Of a DNA stretch of 64,000 bases, positions 19,351-30,469 are shown one piece after another. Numbering within the stretch: the first letter of the stretch is position 1; every line of letters begins with the position of its first letter. Position numbers and translations under genes: made by a program. Source of the DNA: Candidatus Bathyarchaeota archaeon (GTDB taxonomy: Archaea; Thermoproteota; Bathyarchaeia; Bathyarchaeales; Bathycorpusculaceae); NCBI GenBank assembly GCA_963717465.1, contig OY970340.1, positions 1,408,001-1,472,000 on the forward strand, written 5' to 3'. The notes under the pieces were generated by a model, which saw only the letters and a program-made list of their open reading frames with translations, did no database searches and was not told the DNA's origin.

Positions 19351-20796
19351 ATGAGCGTTGTATTACTGTATCCTCCTCATTATTTTAGATCTAATAGTTC
19401 ATCAAAGGAGCCCTATGGTGGTATTGATGCGCATTGGGGACAAGCACCTCCTCTGGGTTTGCTTTACCTAGCTTCCTCACTGTTATCTAATGGCGTTAAA
19501 GTTCACGTGGTTGATTTAAACGAGCATAGACTTGGGCTCAAAGAAAGCGTGGACTTAATTGAACAAAGTACACCGCGTGTTGTTGGAATATCAGCTACAT
19601 CATTCCAATTACGAGGAGCAGTTCAGCTTGCTGAAGCGTTACGAGAAAGATTTGGAGATAAAGTTATTATCGGGTTAGGCGGCGTTCATGTAAGTGTAGA
19701 TCCCGATTTTATAAATCGTTTTCCTATATTTGATTTTGAAGTAATTGGCGAAGGAGAAATTACTTTTTCTTCGCTTGTGACCAAGATTCTAAACGGTGAA
19801 AATGTTCATGGAGTTTTTCGTGGAGAAGTCCCACTTAATCTTGATAATCTGCCTTTTCCAGCTCGTCATCTTATTGACACAAAGATGTATTTTTCTGGAG
19901 ATAGATGCGCCACAATACTTGCTACGCGAGGTTGCCCTTTTGACTGCGTTTTTTGCTCAATTAAGACTTTAAGAGGTCAACGGGTTAGATATAGATCGCC
20001 AAAAAATGTTGCCGATGAAATGGATGCTATCGTAAAGACTGGGACTAAGCGCTTCTGGTTTGTAGACGATACCTTTACAGTAAACAAGGATTATGCTATT
20101 GCGCTCTGCGAGGAGATTATACATCGTAAGCTTGATGTTGAGTGGTGCTGTGAAACAAGAATTGCTTGTGTTGATGAAAATATCTTAAAAGTAATGCGCT
20201 CAGCGGGGTGCATAAAAATTTCTTTTGGTATAGAATCTGGAAGCGCGCGGATAAGAACTGATATTATCCACAAGGGTTTCACCAACGAGCAAGCCATTCG
20301 TGTATTTAATCTTTGTAAGAAGTATGGCATCTCACCTGAGGCTTATCTTATGGTTGGCTTTCCAACAGAAAGTGCCGAGGACCTTCGTTCCACCAAAAGT
20401 TTTTCTAGCAAACTAAATGCTGATACCATAGGCGTTCATATTGCTCAAATATTGCCTGGTTCTGACCTTTTTACGATTGCACTTAAAGAAGGTAAAATCA
20501 AAGCAGATGTGTATGATCAATACGCGAAAGGTGAACTCAGTGGTTCTTTACCAGTATACGTCCCTGAAGGTTTATCTCTGATAGATTTGCAGAAGACACG
20601 AGAGCAAGCTTACCGACAGTTTTATTTCAAACCAAAGTTTTTATTAAAGCGTTTAGGAAAAGATCTGCGTTCTTTCAGCAATCTAAAGAATGATCTTAGT
20701 GTAGCTAAGAAGCTATTCTTTGAAGGCAAAACAGTAGGAACCGGAATAGCTATGAATAGATTACTAAACAAAATTGGGCGCACGGCACGCGCTTAA
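19351..20796 (+). CDS. B12-binding radical SAM protein
   Basis: PPLGLLYLA, GGVH, GEGE, TRGCPFDCVFC (CX3CX2C), DDTF and GIESGS. Confidence 0.92.
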   Translation: MSVVLLYPPHYFRSNSSSKEPYGGIDAHWGQAPPLGLLYLASSLLSNGVKVHVVDLNEHRLGLKESVDLIEQSTPRVVGISATSFQLRGAVQLAEALRERFGDKVIIGLGGVHVSVDPDFINRFPIFDFEVIGEGEITFSSLVTKILNGENVHGVFRGEVPLNLDNLPFPARHLIDTKMYFSGDRCATILATRGCPFDCVFCSIKTLRGQRVRYRSPKNVADEMDAIVKTGTKRFWFVDDTFTVNKDYAIALCEEIIHRKLDVEWCCETRIACVDENILKVMRSAGCIKISFGIESGSARIRTDIIHKGFTNEQAIRVFNLCKKYGISPEAYLMVGFPTESAEDLRSTKSFSSKLNADTIGVHIAQILPGSDLFTIALKEGKIKADVYDQYAKGELSGSLPVYVPEGLSLIDLQKTREQAYRQFYFKPKFLLKRLGKDLRSFSNLKNDLSVAKKLFFEGKTVGTGIAMNRLLNKIGRTARA

Positions 20797-21151
20797 CACG
20801 AAACGGAATAGATACGGGAAAATCCACTATTTGTTCAAGCAACGCTATCATCTTTCTATCTCACCTTTAAGTTGCCTCACTTCAAAGGATACTTTAGGGA
20901 AATAATAGTTTACTATTTGAATCAATTCAGAGACTACTAACCAAAATGATTTTGGACGGAATTTTATTGTTGATAGGATCTGAAATCAGCCTCTTCCTGA
21001 GGCTCACTTCTTTTTCGTAAAGATTCATTCCAGCCATTACGGCTTTATAGCCTTTTCTCGTCACTTTTTCTGCAATTCGCTAACAAATGTGATAACACTC
21101 ACTAATAATCCTAACAAAATTCTAAATTCATAAGTCCGAATGGAATACTTT

Positions 21152-21879
21152 TTAACCATACCCGTATCCAAATTTATTATCAATTTCATGATGATCTTTA
21201 AGGAGTTTGCTGAAGTCCATCCATGCGTCATTCAAATTTATATCATCGCTGCAGATTAGTCCTCCCTCTTTTATGTATGCTGATGCTGTTTTGAATTCGA
21301 ACATCATATGTTCATAACTGTGGTTGCTGTCATGATAAAACATATCTATGGATCCTAGTTTCAGAGAATTCTTGGGAGAAGTTTTGTGGCATCTCCGATT
21401 TCCAATGTCCAATATTTGCGCAAGTTTTCAGGAACGAAACCACCTATCTGACTGGTAGGTAATTTTGAACCATTACCTTCCTTAACACCCAAATCTATTG
21501 ACGTCAAATGACCTCTGCCATTGTCAGCCAAGCCTTGGAGTATAGCCCAACTAGTTTTTCCCGACCATACTCCTGTTTCAACAATTTCGTGCGGTTTTGA
21601 AGCGCGCACAAGATAGTAGAGCATTACAATATACGAAAATTCAGCACTTCTGTATATGAGAGCATCTTTAGGCAACTGAAAAGAAGGCGTAGATCTCTTC
21701 AAAAGCTTTTCAATTGTAGAGTCATCACATTTTGATAGGTTATTAAGTAGCCCCTTGAGAATAGCACGATATGCTTCTGTCTTTCCCCCCAGAATAAAAG
21801 AGACCGCAATTGATGGATGCTGCAAGACTAATTTAATATTTGAGAACGTAAAAGTTTTGTTTGTATCCAAATTGATCAA
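21152..21879 (-). pseudogene. Class I SAM methyltransferase (Methyltransf_24-like), frameshifted
   Basis: IVETGVWSG..SIDL in 21361-21879 joins IDMFYHDSNHSY...GGLICSDD in 21152-21412; shift at ~21363. Confidence 0.82.
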
Positions 21880-22209
21880 CCTTCATTTTTCAACAAAATA
21901 TTATTCGCTCTTTATAAAGCATCTTTTCAATAGGCTAGATTTCAAATAAAACGCCTTAATGTTTGAGAGAGGATTTCTTTTAAATGCATCAACTAAATCC
22001 TTAGTATTTTGCTTGGTACCAATATTGTTACTAAAAAACCGATTTACTTCCCTGAAGCCATTAAATGGCCAAACAAACAGAGTGGAGTGAAAATCGTTCA
22101 TCGCTGCAGCGCGTGCCATAGGCTAATTAATAAGCTGGAAAAAGATATCAAGGAAAAGCTTTACATCGCACTGTGACCACGTTAAGGCGTAAAAGCTAAA
22201 TCACTAAGA

Positions 22210-23232
22210 TTGGAGAATAATGTGAGTCCTATCCCAAAAGATCTTGATTTCACGATTTGCATACCCACATATAATGGGTCCACTCTTATCGGAGAAACTT
22301 TAAAGAGTATTTTGGCACAAGATTTTAAAAATTATAAAATTCTTGTTTCAGATGATAATTCAACTGATGATACTGTAAATGTCGTAAAGAGTTTTAATGA
22401 CTCAAGAATCGAAGTTTACAAGAATCAATTAAATTTGGGTTATGGAAAAAATCTTGAAGTTTTAAGAAATTTAGCAAAGGGAGATATTCTGTTTCTAATG
22501 GGACAGGATGATGTTCTCTGTAAAGGTGCTCTTCGAAAAACTAATAATGCTTTTTTATTAAGCGAAGACATAGGTGCAGTAACTCGACCTTATTTTTGGT
22601 TTGACGGAGATATCAAAACTCCTGTGAGAGCAGTGAGGCCTTATGATAGAAACAAGGATTCAATAATATCGATTTTTGATGGTAAGAAGGAAATAGAAAA
22701 AATTTTCGAGTCTGTTGGTCAGCTTTCAGGATTGGCTTATAGAAGGAAATTTCTGGATATGCCCTTTCACATAGATATCTTTCCAGCTCATATCTATCCT
22801 TTTGCTCATATTTTGAGGAAGCACAAAGTAGTTTTCTTGAAAGATTATACAGTAGCAGTTCGGATAGAAAGCAGCATGACTAGGCATAATTCCCATATCT
22901 ATGATACATCTCCAACTGAGAGCTGGATAAAAATGTTTGAAACTGTTTATGCTGACGAGGATTTTGCGAATGTACGAAAGGACTGTATAGATTTCATGAG
23001 CCGTCATTACGAGGGTCTTATTCAACTAAAAACTGCTGGTTCTATGAAAAATTTGGCAAGAGAAATAGTTCTCCTAATTAAATATAGACGCAATAACATT
23101 TTTAACGTAAAGTTTTGGATGTTTGCTTTAGGAACCATACTGATGCCTAAAAAAATTTTAAGATCCTTCGTCGATAGCTTTAAAAGAAATGTTCTATCAA
23201 AAACTTTAAAGGACATTTCATTTGAAATCTAA
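22210..23232 (+). CDS. GT2 glycosyltransferase
   Basis: ICIPTYNG, SDDNSTD, NLGYGKN and GQDD. Confidence 0.9.
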   Translation: MENNVSPIPKDLDFTICIPTYNGSTLIGETLKSILAQDFKNYKILVSDDNSTDDTVNVVKSFNDSRIEVYKNQLNLGYGKNLEVLRNLAKGDILFLMGQDDVLCKGALRKTNNAFLLSEDIGAVTRPYFWFDGDIKTPVRAVRPYDRNKDSIISIFDGKKEIEKIFESVGQLSGLAYRRKFLDMPFHIDIFPAHIYPFAHILRKHKVVFLKDYTVAVRIESSMTRHNSHIYDTSPTESWIKMFETVYADEDFANVRKDCIDFMSRHYEGLIQLKTAGSMKNLAREIVLLIKYRRNNIFNVKFWMFALGTILMPKKILRSFVDSFKRNVLSKTLKDISFEI

Positions 23233-23528
23233 AATAAAATTCCAAATGCTATTTTAGCTCCTTTGTTAGAGGCGCAGAGATAAAGTTGTTATCCATTTGC
23301 CTTGTTTCTTCAGGCGAAATTTTCGCCTTATTTTCTTGCCAGGTCTTTTAATCTGATAGTCTTTCCTCATTTTTATCCGGATTATTTTTTATGTCAACTG
23401 CAGTTGCACTTAATCGGCTTATGTTTGGTTATATCTTATTTAATCGGTTACGATTTTCTCAAGGAATTTGACAAAATGTTTAAACCATATTCTTTATAAA
23501 TTTGGTTTCAACCTCTAAGTGACTACTA

Positions 23529-25580
23529 ATGAAAAGTATTAAACTGCTAATCAGCAGCAAGTTACGTGATTTCTTATTGGCTTCATGTACCTACATAACT
23601 ATCTCCATTTTCTTTCTCTTCGGGGTGATAATTAGTCAAGGTGACGTAGCCCAACAAGATTGGAGTATACCTGTAACAGCAAGCGGTACATTAGCCGTTT
23701 TCAGCTCCACCCTGTTTTCTTGGTCTTATAACGGCTTTGGAAGTGCGAATAAAGTGTGGGGTTTTCCTTTTTTCGAAATTATAAACGCTGCGTTAGGTCA
23801 AATAGGCTTTTTTGGTGGGGCAGAGATTAAGCTGTTAGCGGTTTTCCTCGTCGCTTTAGGCGGGATAACTGCATATGCCCTAGCCAAGTCTTTGGGTCTA
23901 AGACGCTGTTCCTCGTTTTTGGTAGGTCTCTTTTTCATGACCACGCCGATAGTATTCAATTGGCTTATGTTTGGTTGGATATTCTATCTGATTGCTTATG
24001 ATCTTCTACCACTTTTTTTGATAGCCGCGAAGAAATTTTTAGAAACAAGTGATTTACGTTACGCCCTGGTCAGCGGCATTATACTCTCAATTGCCACAAC
24101 ACAAGTTTCCTTTATTCTCATTTACCCTGTGCTGGGATTTCTATTAGCTTTGTTTGAGTCTAAAGGTAATGTCAAAATTTTTGTCAGAGGCATTGTTGTC
24201 ACAATAGTGTCTATATTAATATGGTTTTTAACATATCTGAATTTTATGGTATCGCTTAATAGCTCGAACCTTTTGTCATTCTATCAAGGTTCATTTCTTG
24301 CCGCAACTATTGCCCAATTCAGTCACTTATCAAATATATTAAATCCGATTAGGTTATGGGGAAGCACATTTAACTATCAATTTGAAACCTATTTTGCGAA
24401 AGAACTAACTATACTGTCATTTGTTCCTCTTATCATAGCTGTGATGGCCATAGCAATAAGACCGCGCGACAGGCATGTTCTTTTCGCTGCTTTTGCTTAT
24501 CTCTTCGTTTTTGCAGCCTATTTTTCGTATGAAAATATGTCTTACATCGCGTTGCATTTGCCTTATGGTTCAATATTCGAGGCGCCGAGTGTCTTTCTGG
24601 TTCCTGCTAGTCTAGGTTTAGCATTACTGATAGGTTATGCGAATGAAACCATTCCGAATGTGTTTACAAAGTTTAAGGGCATTAAAAGTAGAAACATACG
24701 CATTATTTGCTTTGTTATGATTTTGGCACTGATTATCTTAGCTGCCAATCCTTGGTATACAGGACAGACTTCAGGTAACACTTTATCTGGGCCTCCTACC
24801 AAATTAAACTTGTATCAAACACCTTCTGGGTATAGTGAATGGAGCAAAACGATTTTGGGCAGTAGTGAGTACTTTGTGCTTTATCTGCCTTGTCCAGATG
24901 GCCAAGTAATTGACAGTACCTATTTTTCGCTACCTTACGAAGGCGTCAATGGAGTAATATATGGTGGATTCAACGGCATGCCCTGCATTTCAGCTTCAAA
25001 TAGTTCATTATTTCTTAGTGAGCTACTTAACGGAAACTACTCCATTGCAGAAACATGGGGATCATATAGCATAAAATACATTGTTGTTTATACCAATATT
25101 CAAAGTGGATACAATACGACTGACCTGTTGGGCTGTCTTTCAGCACAGGGTGGCATAGAAAAAATTGAAACCCTTCCAGATGTTGTTGTATATCAGAATG
25201 AATATGCCGTTCCGGTTGTTCATACAAATAGTTCGGAGGCGAAACTGCAAATCACATATCAAAATCCGACTTCATATCAAGTCATTGTATATTCAAATTC
25301 ATCGTTTCTTCTAACGCTTAATCAGGTTTATTCAAGCGGTTGGACGGCGACCCTCAATGGCACCGCTTTACCGGCTATTGATCACATTCAAGAAAATGAT
25401 AGTTTCAATGGCTGGCTCATTAACTCCACTGGAACATTGATAATCAGCCTAACTTATTCACCCCAAACAACTTATTTCTTGGGTCTACTCATTTCATCGT
25501 TAATAGTAACTGCAATTCTGGTTTATCTTGCTTTTTCAACAGTAAGAATGTTAAAAAGAAGGTCGCCAGTTGGTAGCTAA
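23529..25580 (+). CDS. Large multi-TM protein, GT-C/YfhO-like
   Basis: About 11 TM segments, an extracellular domain (KYIVV, VVVYQN, LNQVYSSGW, FNGW) and a C-terminal TM. Confidence 0.7.
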   Translation: MKSIKLLISSKLRDFLLASCTYITISIFFLFGVIISQGDVAQQDWSIPVTASGTLAVFSSTLFSWSYNGFGSANKVWGFPFFEIINAALGQIGFFGGAEIKLLAVFLVALGGITAYALAKSLGLRRCSSFLVGLFFMTTPIVFNWLMFGWIFYLIAYDLLPLFLIAAKKFLETSDLRYALVSGIILSIATTQVSFILIYPVLGFLLALFESKGNVKIFVRGIVVTIVSILIWFLTYLNFMVSLNSSNLLSFYQGSFLAATIAQFSHLSNILNPIRLWGSTFNYQFETYFAKELTILSFVPLIIAVMAIAIRPRDRHVLFAAFAYLFVFAAYFSYENMSYIALHLPYGSIFEAPSVFLVPASLGLALLIGYANETIPNVFTKFKGIKSRNIRIICFVMILALIILAANPWYTGQTSGNTLSGPPTKLNLYQTPSGYSEWSKTILGSSEYFVLYLPCPDGQVIDSTYFSLPYEGVNGVIYGGFNGMPCISASNSSLFLSELLNGNYSIAETWGSYSIKYIVVYTNIQSGYNTTDLLGCLSAQGGIEKIETLPDVVVYQNEYAVPVVHTNSSEAKLQITYQNPTSYQVIVYSNSSFLLTLNQVYSSGWTATLNGTALPAIDHIQENDSFNGWLINSTGTLIISLTYSPQTTYFLGLLISSLIVTAILVYLAFSTVRMLKRRSPVGS

Positions 25581-25791
25581 ACTTGGTAATTTTCTCTTAA
25601 AAATCACCCTGATGGTCTAACATTTTTGTTCATTACTGTTAAATTTCACCCAGCATACTAAGACCTTCCAAATGATAATTTCGGGAAAGATAGCGTACAG
25701 CCAAGCGTTTCTCACCAATTGAATTAGCCTAACAAATAAGATTTAAATCTGATAATGTCTTCAACTATGGGTCAAAAAACTGGTAGTTTAG

Positions 25792-26826
25792 ATGGCTGAT
25801 TCGTTTGTTAAGAAAGTAAGTATAATCATATTGAATTATAATGGCAAGCGACTTTTAGAGCATTTTTTATGGTCAGTAAAGAAACTAAATTATCCTAATT
25901 TCGAAGTCGTTATTTTGGACAATGGTTCTACAGATGATAGTGTTGAGTTCTTAACCAAGTATTTTCCTGAGTTTATAGTGTTTAAAAGTCAAAAGAATCT
26001 TGGGTTTTCCGAAGGATGCAATGTTGCAGTACAACATGCATCTGGAGACTATCTTCTCTTTGTAGCTAATGACATGGAGCTTGATTCCAACTTCATCAAT
26101 GAGTTGATCGAAGTAATGGAATCTGACCCTACTATCGGAGTATGTACTGGCAAAACTCTAAAAATCGATAGTGCTAACAAAAGAACTAATTTGATCGATA
26201 ACCTTGGCGGAGATGTAGATGTATTGGGCTTTGCTTCGCCGAGAGCCAAAAATAAAGTTAATGAAACCCAAAAAGATCTAAAATCCCCCGTTTTTTTTGC
26301 CTATGGTTGCCCCTCTATGATAAAGCGCCAAGTTTTTATTAAGGTGGGTGGATTTGATTCTGATTACTTTGCACTTTATGAGGATTTGGATATTTGCTGG
26401 CGGATCAGGCTGGCAGGCTATAAAGTATGTGTTAATCCATTAGCTGTCAGTTATCATAAAGTCTCAGTAACTGTCAACTCTATTTTCAAGCCAAGTAAAG
26501 TAAGATTCTTGGCAGAGAAGAATATTCTAAGAACCCTCACGAAGAATTACTCAATTTCGACTCTTGTAAGAATATTGCCGCAATATTTCGCGATATTATC
26601 AAGCGAAACGATGTTTTACTTACTTATAAAAAGAGTTGATATGGCTTCAGCAACGGTAAAATCGATTATTTGGAATATCAGACATCTTAGGAGTTGTCTT
26701 TTACTTCGCGCCAAAGCTCAAGAAATTAGAGTGATAAATGATAAAACCATTCAAAAAGGGATGATAAAAAAAAGTATTAAGGTAAGTATTCTTAAGCAAT
26801 GGCTTTTAGGCATGTTTCCTATATGA
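25792..26826 (+). CDS. GT2 glycosyltransferase (WbbL/rhamnosyltransferase-like)
   Basis: SIIILNYNG, DNGSTD, NLGFSEGCN and GGFD..EDLDICWR. Confidence 0.9.
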   Translation: MADSFVKKVSIIILNYNGKRLLEHFLWSVKKLNYPNFEVVILDNGSTDDSVEFLTKYFPEFIVFKSQKNLGFSEGCNVAVQHASGDYLLFVANDMELDSNFINELIEVMESDPTIGVCTGKTLKIDSANKRTNLIDNLGGDVDVLGFASPRAKNKVNETQKDLKSPVFFAYGCPSMIKRQVFIKVGGFDSDYFALYEDLDICWRIRLAGYKVCVNPLAVSYHKVSVTVNSIFKPSKVRFLAEKNILRTLTKNYSISTLVRILPQYFAILSSETMFYLLIKRVDMASATVKSIIWNIRHLRSCLLLRAKAQEIRVINDKTIQKGMIKKSIKVSILKQWLLGMFPI

Positions 26827-26939
26827 TATTACGATGCCCGAATTGAGCAAAAGCCTGAGTCTCAAAAGAGGTCGCGTAATTTTTTATCAGGTAAAGCGTG
26901 CACCTTGTGAAGTTCCTATTCAATCACTTTCCTTTCTAG

Positions 26940-27935
26940 TGCTGTGTCGAATGACTGAGAGTGCCTTTCAGGTGGTTACTCTGTTGTTTTTGGGTTTGAA
27001 GTTCAGTTTAGGTTTATTTTCATAAACAAGTTGTAAATTGAAGCTTTCAGCAACAACTCTTTGACTATGTTTGGCCACTTCACTTCACAGATGTACTCGC
27101 CGAACACACGTTTTATGCTTGAGAACGCCGACTCAACCATCCACCGATAACCATAACCCTGATTTTTTCTCCAATTGGGATTGCCAAGCTGCTCAATCAC
27201 AACGAATTTACGAGGCATACAGCCGTCCCCTTTAACCGATGCATTTTTGCGCACCCAAAATCAACGGATCAATAACCCTATCAGCAAGCATCCTAAAATT
27301 GCTCTGAGAATCATACGCGCCATCAGCGATAATACGCTTCAAAGCTACCCTATTTTGCGAACTATCTACCAGCCGCCTAAGCATGCGTCCATCTCCAACA
27401 TCCTCTTTGGTTACTTCAATGGCGAGGATCTGCTTTGTTTTGATGTCAACCGCTATATGCACCTTGATAAAGCCGCGTTGAACTCTCCATTTCTTATGCA
27501 TCCACTCGCCACGATTAGAGACCTTTATGCCGCTTGAATCAACAGCAATAGTAACATCCTTGTCCAAGTCGACGCAAGATTCTAAATCCACTTTCATCTT
27601 TGCAATTCTCCACCAGATAGTAGTGTAATCTGGAGCTTTGAGATCATCGACGTACTGGCTTAAGCCGCGCGTGAAGCCTTCCAGCTGCCGATATGGCAAA
27701 ACATAAGCGTGCACCACAGCTAGCAGTTTGATGAATGATTCTGGGTAACGGTATCTGCCTCCTTCTTTGCCATCGTTCATGGCTTCAAGTTCTCTAGACC
27801 AGCCTGCAACAAAGTCTAAATCCAGCAGAATCAAGCCTCTTTTCACTAATGCTTCATTGTAGCCTTTCCAATCTCTCAAATAATCCATAACAAGCGTTCT
27901 GCACACAAGAAGTATTTAAGTTATTCAACACAGCA
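26940..27935 (-). mobile_element. IS5-family (IS903-like) insertion sequence, 996 bp
   Basis: 17-bp TIRs tgctgtgtcgaatgact (26940-26956) and agttattcaacacagca (27919-27935), 15/17 match. 8-bp TSD ctttctag at 26932-26939 and 27936-27943. Confidence 0.92.
27003..27906 (-). pseudogene. IS5-family transposase, one frameshift
   Basis: WKGYNEALVKRG, PDYTTI, VDSSGIK, KVHIAVD, ADGAYD and YGYRWMVESAFSSIKR. An extra base at ~27255 splits it into ORFs 27232-27906 and 27003-27254. Confidence 0.9.
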
Positions 27936-28199
27936 CTTTCTAGCACTTCCATCCGTTTCTCCTCCTAGTCAAATCAAGGCACGCGCCTATTCGACCACAC
28001 CAAAGGGTCAATATGACGTCGCATCCAGGCTCCATCAATCATGGTGACTCCCACTTAGCACAATCGACATTTACTATAAACCTCAAACACTTTATTTAGG
28101 AAGACATAATCTCTGCGGTTGCGTTATCTGCTTTTTGTGTTTGTCTAATTGTTGCTACAGTATGGAAGTGGCGGAAAATAGATAACACTTCAAAAAGTT

Positions 28200-30368
28200 T
28201 TAAGGATACCCAATGTTTCCTGAAATCGTGCAGTTTGACCCGAAGTTGCCCCATACTGCTCCAAACTCATTTGATACTAAAACATTTCCTTCGACAAGAC
28301 AGAAATCTTCTGAGCCTCCATTGGCTGTGACGTATATCCCATATCCTTGAGTTTTAGCCGTCTGATCGTCAAAAATAATATTTTGGGATATTATACTATT
28401 TACGACATGGTTAAGATTAATTCCATTGAAATATGTGCTGTCGCCAGCTTGACCAAAATCTGAAATAACGTTGCTTGTAATGGCCACATTTGAAATAGGC
28501 GTTGAATCTCCTTGCAAATTGATACCTGAGTAACCGCCACCTTGAATTTTGTTATTGGCAATGATACTTCCGCTTGGATAAATACTAAAACCATCTCCTC
28601 CACTTACTCCAAAATACGATGAATCTGTAATCGTGTTACCAATTACTGTCTCCTGTATCCCCGCCATCATGATTCCATTAGCACAATCAGTAATTGTGTT
28701 ACCGATAATGGTTGTAGCGTTACCTCCAAATACTCCTGCTCCATTTTGAACGTGAGAGATTACGTTTCCTGTTACAATTATGCTGGTGCCTCCACATGCG
28801 TCAATGCCATTGCGGTATGAATCAGCAATTATGTTTCCGGAAATGGTAACGTTGGATGGATAATACAATAAGCTACCATCTGATTCAACAATTATTCCAT
28901 CATATTCACCAACTCCACCGTAAACAACGTTTCCAGTAACTGTCCCCTGTTCTATATTTCCAAAAATGTCTATTCCAAATCCCACGCCGGGCTGGGATTG
29001 ATTAATAATATTATCATTGATAACGAAATCATAATTCCGATTCGACCCAGCTGTCCCGATGCTTATCCCTGAATCATACGTTTGTTCTACGGTGTTACCT
29101 GTAAAGACATGTTCATTGCCGTCGCACATGTTGATGATCCAAATATTTTTTACAAAATTATTTTCAAAATATAAGTAGCTTCCATGTAAATCTATGGCGC
29201 CTTTCATAGCCGTCACTGGATTGGAAAATTCACAGTTTTGAATCGTCATATAAGTCGTGAAAGGATAAACAAACTCTGACCACCCATCAATTATCCTTTC
29301 AGCTAAATTATTTGAATCAAAACTGACATCTCGAATTGTTATGTTTGTATATCCAGTTACGGGAATAGTGGCAAACATAGTCATGTTATTCGTCATGGCA
29401 CGAAAAACTACCCCTTGATCTCCATCGATCACCAAGTTGTTACTAAATGGCACATCCATATATAACGGATAAATACCGCTTCTAAAGTAAACTTCGCCAC
29501 CATAAAAGAAAGCTTGAGTAATTACCGAACTTGCATCAGTTGAAGCGAAGTAAACAGAGCCATCGGCTTTAAAAGCAAGAAACCAAGTCGTCGATGTTGC
29601 TAAAGAAGTTTCGTTAGTCGCTATTGTATAACTACTAGAAACGTATCCTCCAAAAGCATTGTTAAAATCAGGCTCATCGATTTTAGCTCCATCAGCTATT
29701 GAGGCATATTTTATCCCAATGGTTTCAAGTTCAGCAACAATTGTAGCATTTCCAGGAACATTCAATTCTGCTCCAGTATAATTACCTGCCCGAATAGTTA
29801 TTGTTCCTCCTTGAGCAATTGCGTCGTTAAGAGTGACGTTGGCGGATGTTGAAGCAAAGGCTGGAATTATGTTGCCGTTCGTACCATTAATCACTTGATA
29901 ATTACTATTATCATCGCAAGAAACGATATAGCTTGCAGTTGAAGCTAAATTATTGTAAGTATCTATAAACAAAACTGCAGCCGCTGCATTAGCAGATTGA
30001 GCTGTAGAGTTCACGGTTACAGTTATCCAACAAAAATCCAGATTTCCCGTTAAAAACCTAAAAACCGCTTGGTTACCATCAGTCAACAAAAGAATCTCGG
30101 AACCATTGACTGCTAAATCGCCTAAGGAAGAGCTTTTAATTGACCAGACATAATTCAAAGATGTAGCAGTGGTACTTACGTCAGCAATAAAAACCTTAGT
30201 TTGATTCAAACCTAACGCAACAGGTCCAGAAGGCAGGATCGAAACCGAAAAAGTAGAATTTTCAGATAAACTGTTTTGCAAAACGGCATAACCAACAAAT
30301 GAACTGCTTACTAGTATAGCTAGAAAGAGAAAAATGAACGGTTTCGAATAAAAAAACCTTGCGCCCAT
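28200..30368 (-). CDS. Secreted/anchored right-handed parallel beta-helix protein (pectin-lyase fold)
   Basis: N-terminal basic+hydrophobic signal; many I.GN.I / GI repeats in the C-terminal half. Confidence 0.82.
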   Translation of the reverse strand: MGARFFYSKPFIFLFLAILVSSSFVGYAVLQNSLSENSTFSVSILPSGPVALGLNQTKVFIADVSTTATSLNYVWSIKSSSLGDLAVNGSEILLLTDGNQAVFRFLTGNLDFCWITVTVNSTAQSANAAAAVLFIDTYNNLASTASYIVSCDDNSNYQVINGTNGNIIPAFASTSANVTLNDAIAQGGTITIRAGNYTGAELNVPGNATIVAELETIGIKYASIADGAKIDEPDFNNAFGGYVSSSYTIATNETSLATSTTWFLAFKADGSVYFASTDASSVITQAFFYGGEVYFRSGIYPLYMDVPFSNNLVIDGDQGVVFRAMTNNMTMFATIPVTGYTNITIRDVSFDSNNLAERIIDGWSEFVYPFTTYMTIQNCEFSNPVTAMKGAIDLHGSYLYFENNFVKNIWIINMCDGNEHVFTGNTVEQTYDSGISIGTAGSNRNYDFVINDNIINQSQPGVGFGIDIFGNIEQGTVTGNVVYGGVGEYDGIIVESDGSLLYYPSNVTISGNIIADSYRNGIDACGGTSIIVTGNVISHVQNGAGVFGGNATTIIGNTITDCANGIMMAGIQETVIGNTITDSSYFGVSGGDGFSIYPSGSIIANNKIQGGGYSGINLQGDSTPISNVAITSNVISDFGQAGDSTYFNGINLNHVVNSIISQNIIFDDQTAKTQGYGIYVTANGGSEDFCLVEGNVLVSNEFGAVWGNFGSNCTISGNIGYP

Positions 30369-30469
30369 AAAAAATCTCCAAAAAAACAGGAAAAGGCTTG
30401 CTGCCTTGTCAACTGGTTACTATTTAATGGAGTAAACACAACGGCTCTAAATAGATATGTGACTGCAAT

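Noticed and set aside
21901..22119. 72-aa minus-strand ORF
   Set aside because: Looks like the C-terminal fragment of a lost gene; unassignable.
27944..28100. Sequence interrupted by the IS5 element
   Set aside because: Joining the flanks gives only short stop-ridden frames; no identifiable target gene.
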